A DNA stretch of 64,000 nucleotides, taken from NCBI RefSeq assembly GCF_964204645.1, contig NC_134031.1, forward strand, positions 1,736,001-1,800,000, in the 5' to 3' direction. The notes beneath the pieces are model-generated. The model saw only the letters and a list, made by a program, of their open reading frames with translations. It had not been told where the DNA came from and did not search any database. Made by a program: the position numbers and the translations under genes. The stretch is from Tubulanus polymorphus (Eukaryota > Animalia > Nemertea). Numbering within the stretch: position 1 is the stretch's first letter; every line of letters begins with the position of its first letter. This document shows positions 1 to 13,800 of this stretch, piece after piece.

Positions 1-12
1 TACAAGACTTAC

Positions 13-28
13 CCACATGAGAAGCCAT
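13..28 (-). CDS. Possible first coding exon (MASHVG..) of a minus-strand gene continuing beyond the window's left edge
   Basis: Minus strand reads aaaATGGCTTCTCATGTGG|GTAAGT: good Kozak-like start plus consensus donor; too short to identify. Confidence 0.3.
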
Positions 29-576
29 TTTCTAGATGAACTCTTAAACTTTTTACTGCCTTATTTTATGAAATCTTATGAACTTGTCTTGCATAATTGA
101 CAAAATAAGGTGGTTTCTTACTTGCAAATGCGTCTCACTCAAACCGTGAAGGTGACCATTCTAAATGTGCCTTTTCAATGGTAAGAAAAACAAAACCAGC
201 CTTCAAAAGTAGGCCTTGGATCCGCCTTGCTTTCATTGTAAATATCGGATTATCTTCTTCTATTGTGAGTGTAAAATATTCATAGGCCTATAGAACGTAT
301 ACAATTGTTATATTCATATCAAAGACAAAAAAAAGAATATTTTCATTTTGGAAGTGGGTTTAATTGGTTAAAAGATCAACGATTTTGTAATTGGAGTCGA
401 GGACTCCCATCTCATACCCTCTCTTCAGTAATTCTACTTCAGTGAATGTTTTTGGAACAGAGCATCAGGGACGATTTGTTGTATACATAGCATACATATA
501 TATTTTGTTATGGAAGAGCAATAAAAAATACAAAATTCTTATTTTGAAATGTTTTCGTGTTGTTTACTGCTATATA

Positions 577-705
577 TCCTTAGCCTCCTGTTTCAGAGGA
601 CTTAATGCGGGATCAGGGAAGCATCCTTAGCCTCCTGATTCAGACAGATCACTCAGGGAAGTATCCTTAGCCTCCTGTTTCAGATCAGAGGACTTAATGC
701 GGGAA
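577..705. repeat. Short imperfect tandem repeat (atccttagcctcctgtttcaga..., ~3 copies)
   Basis: Motif recurs at ~577, ~623 and ~663. Confidence 0.7.
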
Positions 706-1640
706 CTCATTGGGAATTCAGTGCATCAGGGAATTCATTGCATCATTCACCAGACGGAGGATTGTCAAGAAGATCAACAGTCAAAACCAACTCCATTTTA
801 ATAGGTTAAACAAAACGAACTAAAAAATTCTGAGATGTTAAATGATTTTATTGTTCAATGTCATGATTAATTATACATAACACAAAAAATAAATTCTGAC
901 TCTTATTGATTATAAACTAACCTCTTAGGCTTCAGATAAATATATGTAAGAAACTAGCTGATTACTGATACCATGAATTCATCGAGACAGATCTAAAGAT
1001 TTGAGGTTTGAGACATCGGGTTTTGACTCGAAATTTGGGTCTTAAAAGACAAAATTGAATGATGCATATAGCATATAATATATAGCACAACAGCTACAGC
1101 GTTAGAGTAATTAATAAGGTGAGGACATTATCAATGGCTGAACAACCAATAAAACAACACCGATATCTCTCAGCAAATGCTCCATCTAAACCTTAGAGAG
1201 AACTGAATACATTGAAAGAGGTAGGAAAATTTTACGATAGTGAATTACACTACCATGAATTAATTATAAAACAAAAGAGTAAAATGCATTTGAAGGGGCT
1301 GCAATATCAATTCTTATGACACTATAAACAAATTAGCCCCATAGTACGAGTGTACGTTTTTGACGACATAAATAAAACATTTATATTCTTAGGAGACAAA
1401 GTTTGCATCATGAATAGTGGTTTGTTTGTTTGCGTTTTAACTGTTACTTCTTACACTAACAATTTTTCAAGGGAATTCAATTCATTTTTTTTGATGATTA
1501 CATAGGCATCACTCTGCAGCCTGTTCCCTGCACCATTTGGACATTTGATTCCTCTGATACATATGCTCGTTCAGAGACTTCATGTTTTCAAAACTTCACA
1601 AAGAGACGTGCTTAATTGAAAATGAACTATAAAGATCCAA

Positions 1641-1866
1641 GGCCCAGTTTTATAGACTGGTATCATCTTTAACTCAATTGGAAATGAATTTAGTAAGCCT
1701 CCAGGTTAAAGTTAATACCAGTCTATAGAACTGGGCCCAGGGGCTGCAGTGGCTGAAAAGTTGGTTAGAGTTAACCAGTGGATAGTTGAAATAGTTGACA
1801 ATTAAGTCTTACTATGGTATTCATCAGCAAGTAATCTTTAACCAACTTTTGAGCAACTGCAGACCC
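1641..1866. mobile_element. Two adjacent ~100-120 bp palindromic MITEs
   Basis: ggcccagttttatagactggtat...ataccagtctatagaactgggcc, then gctgcagtggctgaaaagttggtt...aaccaacttttgagcaactgcag. Confidence 0.7.
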
Positions 1867-2024
1867 AGATATTTCATCAGCGCATTGTCAAGACTTTCAC
1901 ATTACTTTTCGAATGCCTGAAGGGCTGCTGATTGACACCTGATTTACATACATAATATTTAGAACATAATGTCAGAAAATAAGCGAGAAATTCCGTATTT
2001 TGTCGTTTGAACGCACAGTTTTTT

Positions 2025-3173
2025 TTACTGGTCCAGCGGTAATCGTTTTATGATGTGAATACCAGAATCGGTATAAACCGGATCGCTGATCTCGTTCTCT
2101 TTCAAATTAAACGACACTTCCTCAAACGGTTTCTGCATTTGGCCACGCCCGAACGGTCCGAGGTCTCCGCCCTTTTTAGCCGACGAACAATCGCTTTCGA
2201 CACTCGCTAGATCAGCGAATGAAACTTCACCAGATACGATACGTCGACGAAATCCTGAAAAATACCGAGACAACAGTGTCACTTCAGACAGCCACTAGAC
2301 GGCGCCACTTCTCCCCTATCTCCTTTTACTGATATACTTATCTCATATTCATCAGACTTAATCTCAATGATGACTTACACTTAGTAAATGGAATAGGCAT
2401 GAATGAGTTTGCAGCAGGTGAATGGAGAACTGTCTTTGTTTCAAATATAAAAATTTATGTTTTTTTTTCACGAATCATGCGTTGTTTAATTAAAACGTGT
2501 GGTCACTAGCCTATATTAATTCCCGAGAGTTTTCCCATTTTTTACCAAAATTTGTCACATTCTCAGACTCTGAGTTTTCCAGGTCAGCAGCCACATTCAC
2601 CAGAACTGTTCATAGGCAAGAATGAAAAATACCTTCTAATATTTCGAGCGCTTCCTCTTTAGATCTGGTGATAACGTCCTCTTTCCACGATGAAGGTCGC
2701 CTCGATTCAGCGTGTTTAACCAATAAATGAGCGCAACGCACCTACAAATATATACCATCATAATATATCCCCCAACGGTCGAGCAACTTACGCTTTTTTG
2801 GTGGGGAAATGGCATATTTCTAAAATAAACAAACCTGATCTGATGCTGGTTCGGTCGGTTTCTCCCACTGACTATGTTTCGTGTATGAATTCAGATAGTA
2901 GACTTTACCTGAGAAAAAAAGGACATTAAGTATTCAAAATTCACACCGTACGATATCGCCCCCTGCCGCCAATTAGGCGAACCAAATACAATTTCAAAGA
3001 CGTTTTTACATAAATAAGGTAATTATACGTGTTAATTTGTTGCTTCGCGTCGACAGAAATGACGGGTACTATTATTTGCATCATCTAATGCAGGTATATG
3101 ATAGGTATTTACCCGTAGACCGGCTATCTTTGGCTATCCATCCGTCGGGTAGCGGTCCAACATTGTCCGCCAT
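2025..3173 (-). CDS. PIN1: Peptidyl-prolyl cis-trans isomerase NIMA-interacting 1 (WW + parvulin domains), 4 exons
   Basis: Exons 3173-3113, 2908-2835, 2741-2633, 2254-2025 with GT-AG introns give [92 protein letters not shown]. Confidence 0.97.
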
Positions 3174-3676
3174 TTTGATAATTCAATCTGTTACTAACTC
3201 GCCATCTATCGGCAAATGAACGAGCTACTTAATAAAGATGCGGTGACCAGTGAAGAAAAGGAAATAAAAGGCACACAAACTAATTTGCAGCTAAACGGGC
3301 CTGTTGATATTTAGGACTCTAGTAGGGCCTTTGTATCCAAAGTTTTCAATTTAGTCTGTCCAGTGTCGAGCATGTCCAGTGCTGTTTAGCAGGTAACAAG
3401 GAACTTCTCGCGGTTCTCGTTATCAAGTAGGTGGGGACTAAGCGTGTGACACTTATGGCTACCCTAAAAGCAAGCGAAACTCCTATCAACCCAACATTTT
3501 CCCAACAAGGCAAGCCCAACTAAAACAAAAATCAACCACTGAAAGAATTGAATTGATTTTAGATGGCAGCACTAGCCGGTATACGAACCGAAGATTTTTG
3601 CAATAGGGCGAAGTTGTTTTTATTTTGGGTAATTTAGACATTTTCTCGCTGTATTAATCAAAGAAAGCTTGTAAGA
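3174..3676. promoter_or_regulatory. Bidirectional promoter region PIN1/PPP1R11
   Basis: Start codons diverge ~500 bp apart; CTCF-like TAGATGGC motifs at ~3200(-) and ~3560(+). Confidence 0.7.
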
Positions 3677-5242
3677 ATGGCTGAAGGAGGCCATTTGACT
3701 CCTACAGCTGTCGCAGTGTCAGAAACAATCGTTAAGACTGATTCTTCAAGCGATCAGGTAAAAATAGTAAATCAATTCAATTTATTTTAATTTTAAAAAT
3801 TAAAATATTGCAATTAATTTGCCTTTGGAAAACGTGAGGAATTTCCAACTTACTTTTGATTCCAATTTTCCTTTGATCTTGATATCTGTGAGACTGTGTA
3901 TCTATTGAGTTCTGATAATATTTACAGCGTTTAAACTCTGCCCCTGATCTGGACCCGATCTGTCGCCTCCACTCTCTACTCAACTCTGTCCTGTGGACCC
4001 TCCTGTCGCTGGTGGATCTCACTTTTTGAATTTTGATTTGTAGGATTTGCGAAGTCCGAGTGTTGTCCTAAAGTTGCGCAAACCGAAAAACGATCGTAAA
4101 GTATCTTGGACCGACGATACGATAGACAACGAAATGCTCGGGAAAAAGAAATCTAAATGTAAGAATCATGAATATCTCGAAAAATCTTTTTAATTATAAA
4201 CTCGGATTAATTAGTTCTTATCGTTTTACTTTCTGATAATCAGTAATCCGGTATTTTACAAGGCCTAGTAACTCATGGGTAAATCGTTTCTTGAAGCGAA
4301 ATTAATTAAGATTAATCAACGCTGTTTTTCCAAGTGGCAACAAAGCGAGACATCGAAGCAGATAAGAATAGGCTGTAAAGCCTCAGAGTCGAAGTTATCA
4401 GGAAAAAAGTTGAGGGACTTGTCGTGATTGATAGTGAATGGATAAAACCAGTGACCAACTTCACTTTATCTGACAGTATCCGGTTTGCAATACTGGGGTT
4501 GGTCATTGATACTGGTTTTATTTATTCACCCTCAATTATATCATTTCCTATTCTAGTACCTAGCCGTCATTCCACAGTTGTAGGGAACCGGTAACAACAG
4601 CTGGTATTCAGACTAATCATTTCCCGGTGAGTTGAGTCAAAAGCCGCCCTCTGATCTCTTGTTGTTCGTTATTGTAGGTTGTTGTATTTATGAAAAACCA
4701 AAGTTATTCGGAGAATCGTCCGGTGAAGAGGATGATGATGACGATTGTACCGGACATTGTCGCGGTCACAAGAAAAAATGTTTCCGCCCTCAACCGGACT
4801 CAAATCAAAGAGGTCAGTTTTCATTCAACCCACTGAAATAGTTTACTGGATACTGAAACAAGAATCAGGAAATTAAAAGTTTTTCCTAAATTTGGCTGTA
4901 AAATCTGTCATATTTGAGAGTTGACTGGTGTTAGGAATCCACAGAAGATTGGACTGGTTTCACAGATTCTAGTGTATTTTGAGTGGAATTATTGAATTAT
5001 TTGAGTTTCATTTAGCTGACTGAATTACTAGTCTCTAGACCGAAGTAAAGTCAAATTTCATTTGAAGTTAAAAATTGCTCAATTTGTTTCAACTCTATAA
5101 CTTAATTTTGAACGAGAATCAAACAATTTAGTTTAACTATCGTAGAACCAACATTTGATGAATGAAATAATTAGATTCAATTTTCGATTATTTTGTAGGT
5201 GCAGATGATATGGATAATAGTGAACAACCCGGTGAAACGTAG
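3677..5242 (+). CDS. PPP1R11: Protein phosphatase 1 regulatory subunit 11 (inhibitor-3/Ypi1), 4 exons
   Basis: Exons 3677-3757, 4044-4158, 4678-4812, 5199-5242; contains [45 protein letters not shown] (RVxF-type KVSW and CCIY signature). Confidence 0.95.
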
Positions 5243-5273
5243 TAAATCAAACTAGTCATCGGTGTGTTCGTCT

Positions 5274-5803
5274 AAAGCAGCACTCAGGTCGCCCTACGAC
5301 GCGACGCAACTGAAGACCACGAGTTGTAACCGCGCTCAGGTCGCTTACAACTAGAACTAGAAGCGACCGGCAGCAACGGGATTGAAACGTTCAACGCTAA
5401 TCAGTGCGCGCTCAGGTCGCCCTACGACCGTCGCTGCAATGCGCGATTCAATTGATCATGTGATCTGTTCAAAATGGCGCCGCCCATGTTCAATTGATCA
5501 TGTGATCTGTTCAAAATGACTATAGTACTTCCCTACAACGCGGAAATCAGTTGCAGTAGCGCTCAGGTCGACAAAAACGCTGTACAACTAGTGGTAGTCG
5601 CTGCGACGCGTTGCTGAAAGTTCAACATGTTCAACTCATAGCGACTGGCAGTTTTTGCGTCGCCGACCCGTCGCTGTCAGTTGTAGACGCGCTCAGGTCG
5701 CTGCGACTGGGGAAAAACCAGTCGCTGACGATCGCTGCCAGTTGCTCGAACCAGTCGCTTCTAGTTGTAGTTGCAGTTGTAAGGGCGACCTGAGTGCCCC
5801 TTA
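5274..5803. mobile_element. Non-autonomous TIR element (PIF/Harbinger-like MITE) in the PPP1R11 3' region
   Basis: TIR gcactcaggtcgccct.../...agggcgacctgagtgc, TAA/TTA-type flanks, internal gcgctcaggtcg repeats. Confidence 0.75.
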
Positions 5804-6260
5804 AGTGTATTAGAGATCATGTTTAGAGACGTGTACAGTTCATTCATTCCTCCGCGTATACTGATAATCATAGAACGTGTGGACTATCATCCGTGTTCTC
5901 CCTCCCTGTTTTACGTACAACGGTTACCAAGGATCGGTGACGATCGGTGAATCGCAGAATTAACGTATCGCGCGCAGGGAATATCAGGGAAACTGCTAGC
6001 CGACTTCATTTACCGAACTGAATCTCGAGATCGGATATTTCCGTATGCAAAATCTTGAGGATTATTTTGATAGAAATTGAGGCAAGCAGGTTCGGGGAGA
6101 AGAGAGAGTCGGTGTTTATTTCAACTGCTGCGCATGTATTACTGCGGTACCAAGTATTGTACCTGAATAAATGATTTAATTGTGCTGAATGAGTGTTGAC
6201 TATAAACGATGTTGTTGTATACTTGTAGCGCGAGTAGTACTGTATGTTACTGTGTAATAC

Positions 6261-6672
6261 CAGGGTCCCTACAACTCCTTGAATCCTTGAAAACTCCTTG
6301 ATTTTTGAATATATTTTTCAAGGTCCTTGAAAATCCTTTAATTTTGAGAAATATCCATAAACTCCTTGAAACTCCTTAAATTCTGGGAAAGTCCTATTAA
6401 AAATTTTCAAAAGGTCCTTTTCAGAAGACAGTGTATTCTATTATTCTTCACTGTGTGACTTGTGAATGAAAGTTGTTTCACTTTGAGATTTAGACATGTA
6501 AAACCAAAACGGCACACACAACAACTGATCAAAATTTGAGAAAAACATGGATTTTGTTTTTGAATTTTCGACTTTTTTTCCTTATATATGACCGCGAAAA
6601 CCTCCTTGAATTTTGAAAATTACTCCTTAAAAAGTCCTTGAATTCTGGATACCAGGAATTGTAGGAACCTTG
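6261..6672. mobile_element. MITE with CAGGGT..CTAC termini, subterminal (c)tccttga repeats and 5-bp TSD AATAC
   Basis: aatac|cagggtccctacaa ... ttgtaggaaccttg|aatac. Confidence 0.8.
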
Positions 6673-8446
6673 AATACGAGCCTACCTCGACTTGTGTCAC
6701 GTGTGAATCTCTGTCAAATTGACATTCAATTCCATATCATAGCGATACGTCACGTGTTATACATGGTCTGGTCCTGAAATCTAATATAGAAATAAAGTGA
6801 GGTTCACTGTAGCTGGAGTCGGCCACAGGAACTGCGACATCACAATTGACAATAGTCGTTAAGATACACTATTTGAAAAAACCTGCCGGCCCATTTTACA
6901 GTCGTGACTTAAATGTAACAATGATCTTGAATCTTGAGACTCGTCTTAAGTTGATATGTTTTTTTTTAGAACTAAAAGCGTCTTTGATTGCTACTAGCTC
7001 CAGGTAATTGATACTGAATTTACCGGTATTCGACTATCTATTATCAATTGTGATGAGTCCTCTGTGATGTGTGACACAATGAATTATTTGTGATCTGAGT
7101 CGATCTTTTTGTTTCTTGTTTCTAGAAACCGTGTTTCATCATCAAACGAAACTTGCGCGAAACTCGAAGGTCGATGCATATGTAATATATGTAGAATATT
7201 ATATTCGATAAGTTATTGAATTTGACTGTTTTTAGTTGTTGCGTTCTGATCTCGTTGTAACATTTCGTTATAAAAATCTCAAAATAATTAATCGCGCATC
7301 AGCTTTAATGGAATTACTCCTGCGGCATGTGAGGGTTAATAATAAGATGCCAAAGACGAACGATTGGAAACATCACAAATACAGTATTCTTGATAATGCC
7401 GGTATTCAGTGACTGTTAGAGTTGAACACTCTGAAGTGAATTTTGAAATGATACTTGACCTCTTTTGCCTCAGCTGGCCTGTTCCACGGTATAAACTTCG
7501 GTTCAGACTATATTGATTTAGACTCATCACTTCCGTGGAGCTGGGTCATTTTTTGTTGTTATCGAGTTTTAATTGATTGAAACAAATTGTATTGATTAAA
7601 TTATACCTGTCTATATGTATATATATATATATAATGTAATAATCATTATCAATTGTAATTAGCTTTTATACAAATAGACTAATTTACCCCAAATTACAAT
7701 TTTTGAGTTATAATTTTTCCCCTTTCCGGTGAAGGTTTTAAGGATTCCTCCGGTGACCTAGTTTGATGTGGTGGGGTAAGCATATCCTCGCTTGCCAGGG
7801 TTAGATTGCCTCCTGCCGAAGCTCATAGTGATGTAAGCTAAACGATGGCAAGCAAAGATACGAAAGGATTTCTTGACTTGTAAATCTCGTGGAAGATTCT
7901 GTTAGAGGTGACAACAACCGAAAAAATTGAAAAGGTTTTTGTGTACTGTAATGACATACACCGATTTTAATATTCATGTAAATATAAATGAGTCGGAACA
8001 TCTTAACAGAGTGACACCAGTCATTATTAACAAACCGCGACCAAAGGGTTAAAACGCTGGTGATAATATGTGTGTAAATGACATAAAATAGGGCAAACGC
8101 TGATCTTTGAACATAAATTAAGCACTTGGTTTAAAACTTTTCAACATTTTTTTAAAGTTTTCGCGAAAAAAATTGCATTCAAATAAATATCTAACATCAC
8201 CTGAGTTTGCACTGCATAAATAAATGCATCAAGAGAATTTGAATTTCGCGAGAAAACGTTGGAAAGTGGGATTCTAATTTTTGATACTTCATTATATACG
8301 TCTTTATAGAATTTGAGCACAATTTATGAATTTCAAACAGTTTTAAGCAAAGATCTCAAGGTTTTCTGAGTGCATACAAAATTTAAATCGACACTAGCTA
8401 CTAGTAATATTGATATGAGAATTGTAGATATTATTTAACTGTGGAT

Positions 8447-10620
8447 TTAGAACGTTTCTTCTTTGCTTTCGACGACATCTCCAAGCCATTTCAAATACGC
8501 CGGGTTACCTTGATCGATCTGAAAATATCAATTACAATCATTAAAAACTTCATTTATGCTTCAGCAATCTAAAGACGTGTTCTAAACTTTCTACTCAAGA
8601 GAATAGTAATGAATGTATCTGATATAAAAAACTACCTTTGAAGTGATCACTTCAGCTACGTCATATGGATGGTTAATTCTGAAAATAAACATCGAAAGAT
8701 TTGACATCTTTTATCTCTATATCTAAACATAGCATTCATTTATTTCCAGTAGACAAAATGTCATTTTTCGTATTTGTTCTTTCTTTGTATAACAAAAGCA
8801 CTAGTAAAACCATGGACTCGATTCGTCTTGTGGTAAAAAAAAACAAGTTATATTTAGCAAATTGAAGAAATGAATAGAATATGAATAGAAAGAAATTGAA
8901 GAATATTCAATTGGTTTTGGTATTTATAAATACATGTATACACTGTGGCAGCGACATTGAGTTCAAATAAAAGATCAAGGAATACAAAATTCCATGATAT
9001 TTCTCCGACTCTTGACCAAAAACATCCTAATTGAATTATATAATATCTTCAGTGGAAGCTGTTTTTCATCAAGAGGTTCCTGTAAGTGTCACTCATCACC
9101 AGCAAGAACAACATGACATTAAAAATTCAAATTCCCTGAGTTTTCCTGGTTTTCAAGAAGAGTCAGAACTCTCTGAAGGGAAAAGAATCTGCAATTCCCT
9201 GATCTGTATGAACCCTGATTTAAGGTCATTTTTCTGAATCCAAGCAAAGTTTTTCATCAACAAAATAACAGCATAACTTACTTTACATATTCGGTCATAT
9301 CATTAACTCTAGTTGTTCGTGTTTTGATCATCTATTCAAAAAAGATAATTGAGAATCAATCTTTCTGAAAGTGAAACAACTTAAACAGTATAGCAGCGGC
9401 AGTAGTTAGTTACCTAATCGTTGGTGGTAAGCTTTTTATAATCGGATGGGCTTATACCAACGTGAAAATATCCGATCGTGAAACTAAACCACAGACAGGT
9501 TACTGACTACAGCGGCAGCAGCAGTATCTCTTACTTACCAATAGAATTTCTTCATCAGTTTTGACTTCTCCTTCCCATTCATAAACTGATTCAACTTTAG
9601 GAATTATATTTACACAGGCAGCTAATTTATTTTTCACCAAACCGCTAAAAATGAAAACAAAAATTATGCCACTGACCTTGGATAAAAGAGCAGGATCCAG
9701 TTCCACAGTTCGGGGTTAAGATTTGACCCTGAGTTAACTCATTGAAAATGAACTAACTTTAACTCAGAGTACAACTGTGGAACTGGGTCCAGATGATTAG
9801 GGTTAGTGTCGAGTTTCAACTTGGCTTGTGAGGACATGGGGTGGCCTAGCTCTGTCAGTTATACCTGATATTGTTGTTAAAATGACCACCAGACGGGCAG
9901 CTGAACTTTTAACTTCAATTCATACGGAAACATATCATTGATAAAATCTTTCAGGGTATCAAGTCTTTTTTCTTCATTCAACTTGAGTTAAGTATTAGAC
10001 TTTTTGTACACAGCATAAAATGGATTCAAAATCAATTTTATTTCAGCTGTCCATCTGTGCTCATCATTTTAACACTTATACCAGGTATGAATTACTACTA
10101 AAACTGAATGAATTATAGCACCCAACATCTGTTCAAAGCAAGTCTAAATAGACTTTGGCTGATTAACCCTACAGTTGCGGTTTGTCTCTCAATTTTCTCT
10201 TCATACTTACCTCGCAATGGTCTTAGCTTTTTCCATATTAGGGCACGTCACGTAAGCGATGGAATACGTTCCCGATGACGGTACTGTCGTCGCATAGCCG
10301 GATTTCGTAGCCATAGTTACTGCTGCGTGTCGAACTAATGATACTAAATTTGGCATAAAAATCGACAACAACAGAGTAAGACTTATCTGAAAAACAAATA
10401 CAGAAAACACTTAAACATGTTAAAATACCCTGTCAAAAAAGGTCATAAAAATAAAATAGTTTTTTCAATTTATGTTTGACAAAAATGACAGTGACTGGAA
10501 GGATGTCCTTAATTTGATTAAATATACATCGCAATGCATTTGAATGCAATCATTGTATGAGTTTCTTGGCTTATTATTGCTTACCCAAAATATAAGACAA
10601 CCCTTCAATCTAGCTGTCAT
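8447..10620 (-). CDS. CUTA: CutA divalent cation tolerance homolog with hydrophobic N-terminal extension, 6 exons
   Basis: Exons 10620-10585, 10386-10211, 9644-9539, 9331-9282, 8678-8636, 8518-8447; YVTCPNMEKAKTIASGLVKNKLAACVNIIPKVESVYEWEG..EILLMIKTR..HPYDVAEVI..GNPAYLKWL. Confidence 0.95.
9693..9791. mobile_element. ~100 bp palindromic MITE (ggNNccagttccacagtt TIR family); further copies at ~13476-13563, 15863-15963, 17251-17359, 30088-30219, 37401-37483
   Basis: ggatccagttccacagtt...aactgtggaactgggtcc; CAG/CTG-type flanks; interior near-identical to the 17251 copy in reverse. Confidence 0.8.
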
Positions 10621-10886
10621 CTATTGAATATCTCAATCGGTGTATTAGCCTATACAAACAGAACCGGAAGTACGCGAGTAAATATTTGGGGAATTCCCAG
10701 TTGGTGCTGCCACCTAGAATCAAGATGGCGGCGCCCATGAATTTCCAAAAATAAAACATTTTTCGTCGAAATTTCGAACATTTCCGGCTCCGGTCATAGG
10801 AGAGACCCAGATTTGAGATTGTGAAATATGTCTTCATCGTCTGGATAAACAGTAGAAACAAAGATCCACGCGAGACAGTGAATAAA
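10621..10886. promoter_or_regulatory. Compact bidirectional promoter CUTA/NRF-6-like
   Basis: 266 bp between divergent ATGs; ETS-type ACCGGAAGT (~10663), CTCF-like CTAGGTGGCAGCAC on minus (~10703-10716), YY1-type CAAGATGGCGGC (10721). Confidence 0.7.
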
Positions 10887-13800
10887 ATGGCGAGATTATT
10901 AGTTTTTGTGCTGTTATTTTTCATTCTTGTTGATGTTGATGTAGATACTGGAGTTGTTTGGGCCCAAACCGCCGGGCCTCGATTTATCCACGAACTAACA
11001 AAGGAAATGCACGCGATGGATTCGCTGAAGGATCCTAGAACACAAACAGATGTCATGACACATGTGCATGAATTTTATTCGAAAGTAAGTTAAGTACACC
11101 ACAACACAAACGCGAGGTAGAATAGTGATTTTGGCAAAGTTATTAAAGCGAAGGGCGAGAATCGCAGAATGTATATTCGCTTACTTATTTGGGGCCGCGT
11201 ATGTGTGACGTACACATTTTTTTCAGTTTCTGTATTTTTCTCTTTTGAAGACTTTCATCTATACTTTAAAATTATCATTTCAATCAATGTGATCTTGTAC
11301 ACAGGCATCGACTACGCTGAAATATGGCGGAATAACTCGTCTAATTTCACAAGCTGAGAAATACAACGCTAGTGAACAATGTCTGAATGATACAGCTATT
11401 TTCTTAAATGGACTTTTAAACAAAGATCTGCTTGCTTTAAAAAGTATGTATGAATCATAATGAAATTGAACTTAGTAATGAAAGTTTTGCCTATGATTCA
11501 TGATATTTTTGATGAATGATTTAAATTTTCGCAACTATTTTCATATTTGCAGTGTTTGACGCTACTGGTAAACTGCCTGGTGGAGTTTTGACTGGTAACT
11601 TCAAATGGTTCGGAGATATGAATGAATGTATGAATATCAGTGGTTTAATTAACGGAACTGCCATCAGGGGGCAGTATAATACAGTACTACTCGGTTCATC
11701 CCTGGTAAATATGATCGATATCTTTTCAGCCGATTAGTCTGTTTTGGATTGTATATTTCATAATTGTTTTGTATCATTAAAATATTCTTTAAGATGACTA
11801 TTAGGATATAGTAGTGGAAATCATCAAAAATAAACCATTACCGGTATCTTGTAGGTAATCAAGGAGTTTTCTTTGCGATTAGGAGATTTTCTGTTTATTG
11901 TTTCTTGTTGAAATTTCCAGTTTCCTAAAGTAGAAGTGATGATCGTACAGCTCGGTGTTGTAGTCGGGATTTGTCTTCCAGATTCATGTGATAATACCAG
12001 TGTACAAGCTGTATTGAATGCAGGTTAGTTTGAATCTGTTGTTATTATGGAGAAAAGATGCCGGGATGGAATGACCATTGACATCATCGGATTGATTACC
12101 TATATTTTGATTCTTTATTCTCCATGTTCTCTCTTATTTCAGGGATATCAATGCTTTCTAGTTCTGATTTCATACACGTCGACAATGTCTGGTCTAATCA
12201 TGGATATCCACCACTAAGTGTTGGAGCCATTGTAGCTATGTAAGTAAAATGGCAAGACCTGAATAGCAAAATGGCTTCGTTTTTTAACCTCCAAAAGTCA
12301 GTGATTTAGTAAAAAAATGCTTAATTAAATTTAACTGAAATGAGACTGAATTATGTATTTTGTATTTTGCTAGTTGTATTACTGCGATTCTGGTAGTTTT
12401 AGTTTTGCTCGGTACTGTATATGATCTGTATCATCGATATCGCGTTCCGGGAGATCAATACATCGTGAATCATTCGACAGCAGACGCTGGTTTACAGGAA
12501 CGTACCGGTTTACTGTCCGGGGTTATACGCACTGCTGAACAAGGCTATGGCAACAGAAGTAAGTTCATCACTGCAGACTGAAGTCTTACAGTATCAATCA
12601 GGGGCTTATTTCACTTCAAAAGTTACAAACATGTTTACTAGCTTAATCTAGAAATTGATTCATTGATTCACTTTCTTGTTTTGTTTTATTTAAAGGCTAT
12701 TTCTATTTTCTGCTAAGTTTTCGTCTATTCTTCTAGGAAGAATTTTACGTAATTTACGCCTACGAAATAAAGGATTAATAAATGAAAATAAACAGTTCGG
12801 TTGGTATATAAACCACCACAACCTCACTTATTTCCCGTTCCAATAATTTTCTGATATGATTTAACATTCAACTTTTGATCTCTAAGAGAAATTCAGTCAA
12901 TTATAGCTTATATGTAATTTTCATCATCCCTTCATCAAAATCTGATGGCAATCAGGGAAATCTCAGGGAATGAGATAAATTTTGCACAAAAAAACCCTGG
13001 AAAACTCAATGAATTTTGATGTATCATTAACACACATTTATTTATAAATGCGTCATTCATGAAAAATTAAATTAAATGGTAAATTTTAAACCAAGAAATT
13101 CCTTGAATTTTGTTTAATCACATGGAAAAATACAGGAAATTTGTAAATAAGCATCCACCCCAGTTTTAGAAAAAGTTATTTTCCGATTGTGAGTAATTCT
13201 TTTGGAAAACTTCCTAAAAAGCATTCAGAGAATATTGAATAACAGTGTTTAACATTGATAGAATTATGTGTTTATTTCAGGATTGACTTGTCGATTCATG
13301 ATTGCGTTTTCAGCCGTAACGAACGTACTGAAAATATTCGATACAACTCAACCTCGAGGCAGCATTCCTACGCTTCACGGGATACGAGTGTTGAGCATGT
13401 TATGGATTATTCTCGGTCACACATTCGCAATTTCTGCAGGAATTATCGGTAAGAGAGTTGTACAAGGTCATCAGGACCCTGTTCTACAGTTGCTAGTTTT
13501 GATAACTCATTGACATTGAACTAAACTAACACCAATCTTACTCGCAGCTGTAGAACTGGATTCAGTTCATGGGTTTCTAATCATAATTTCCCTGATGTTA
13601 ATTTGATGTTCATCTTCTTTCTTTTTTAGATAATTTACTAGAAGCGACTGGTATTATTAAAACGTTCACATTCCAAGTGATCGGAAATGGTACATTTTCT
13701 GTTGATACGTTCTTTTTCCTGAGGTAAGCAATTGAACCCCTCGTGAGGATCTCACGATGAGGATTCTTCAACGCGATCTGACATGGATTTTATTGCCGTT

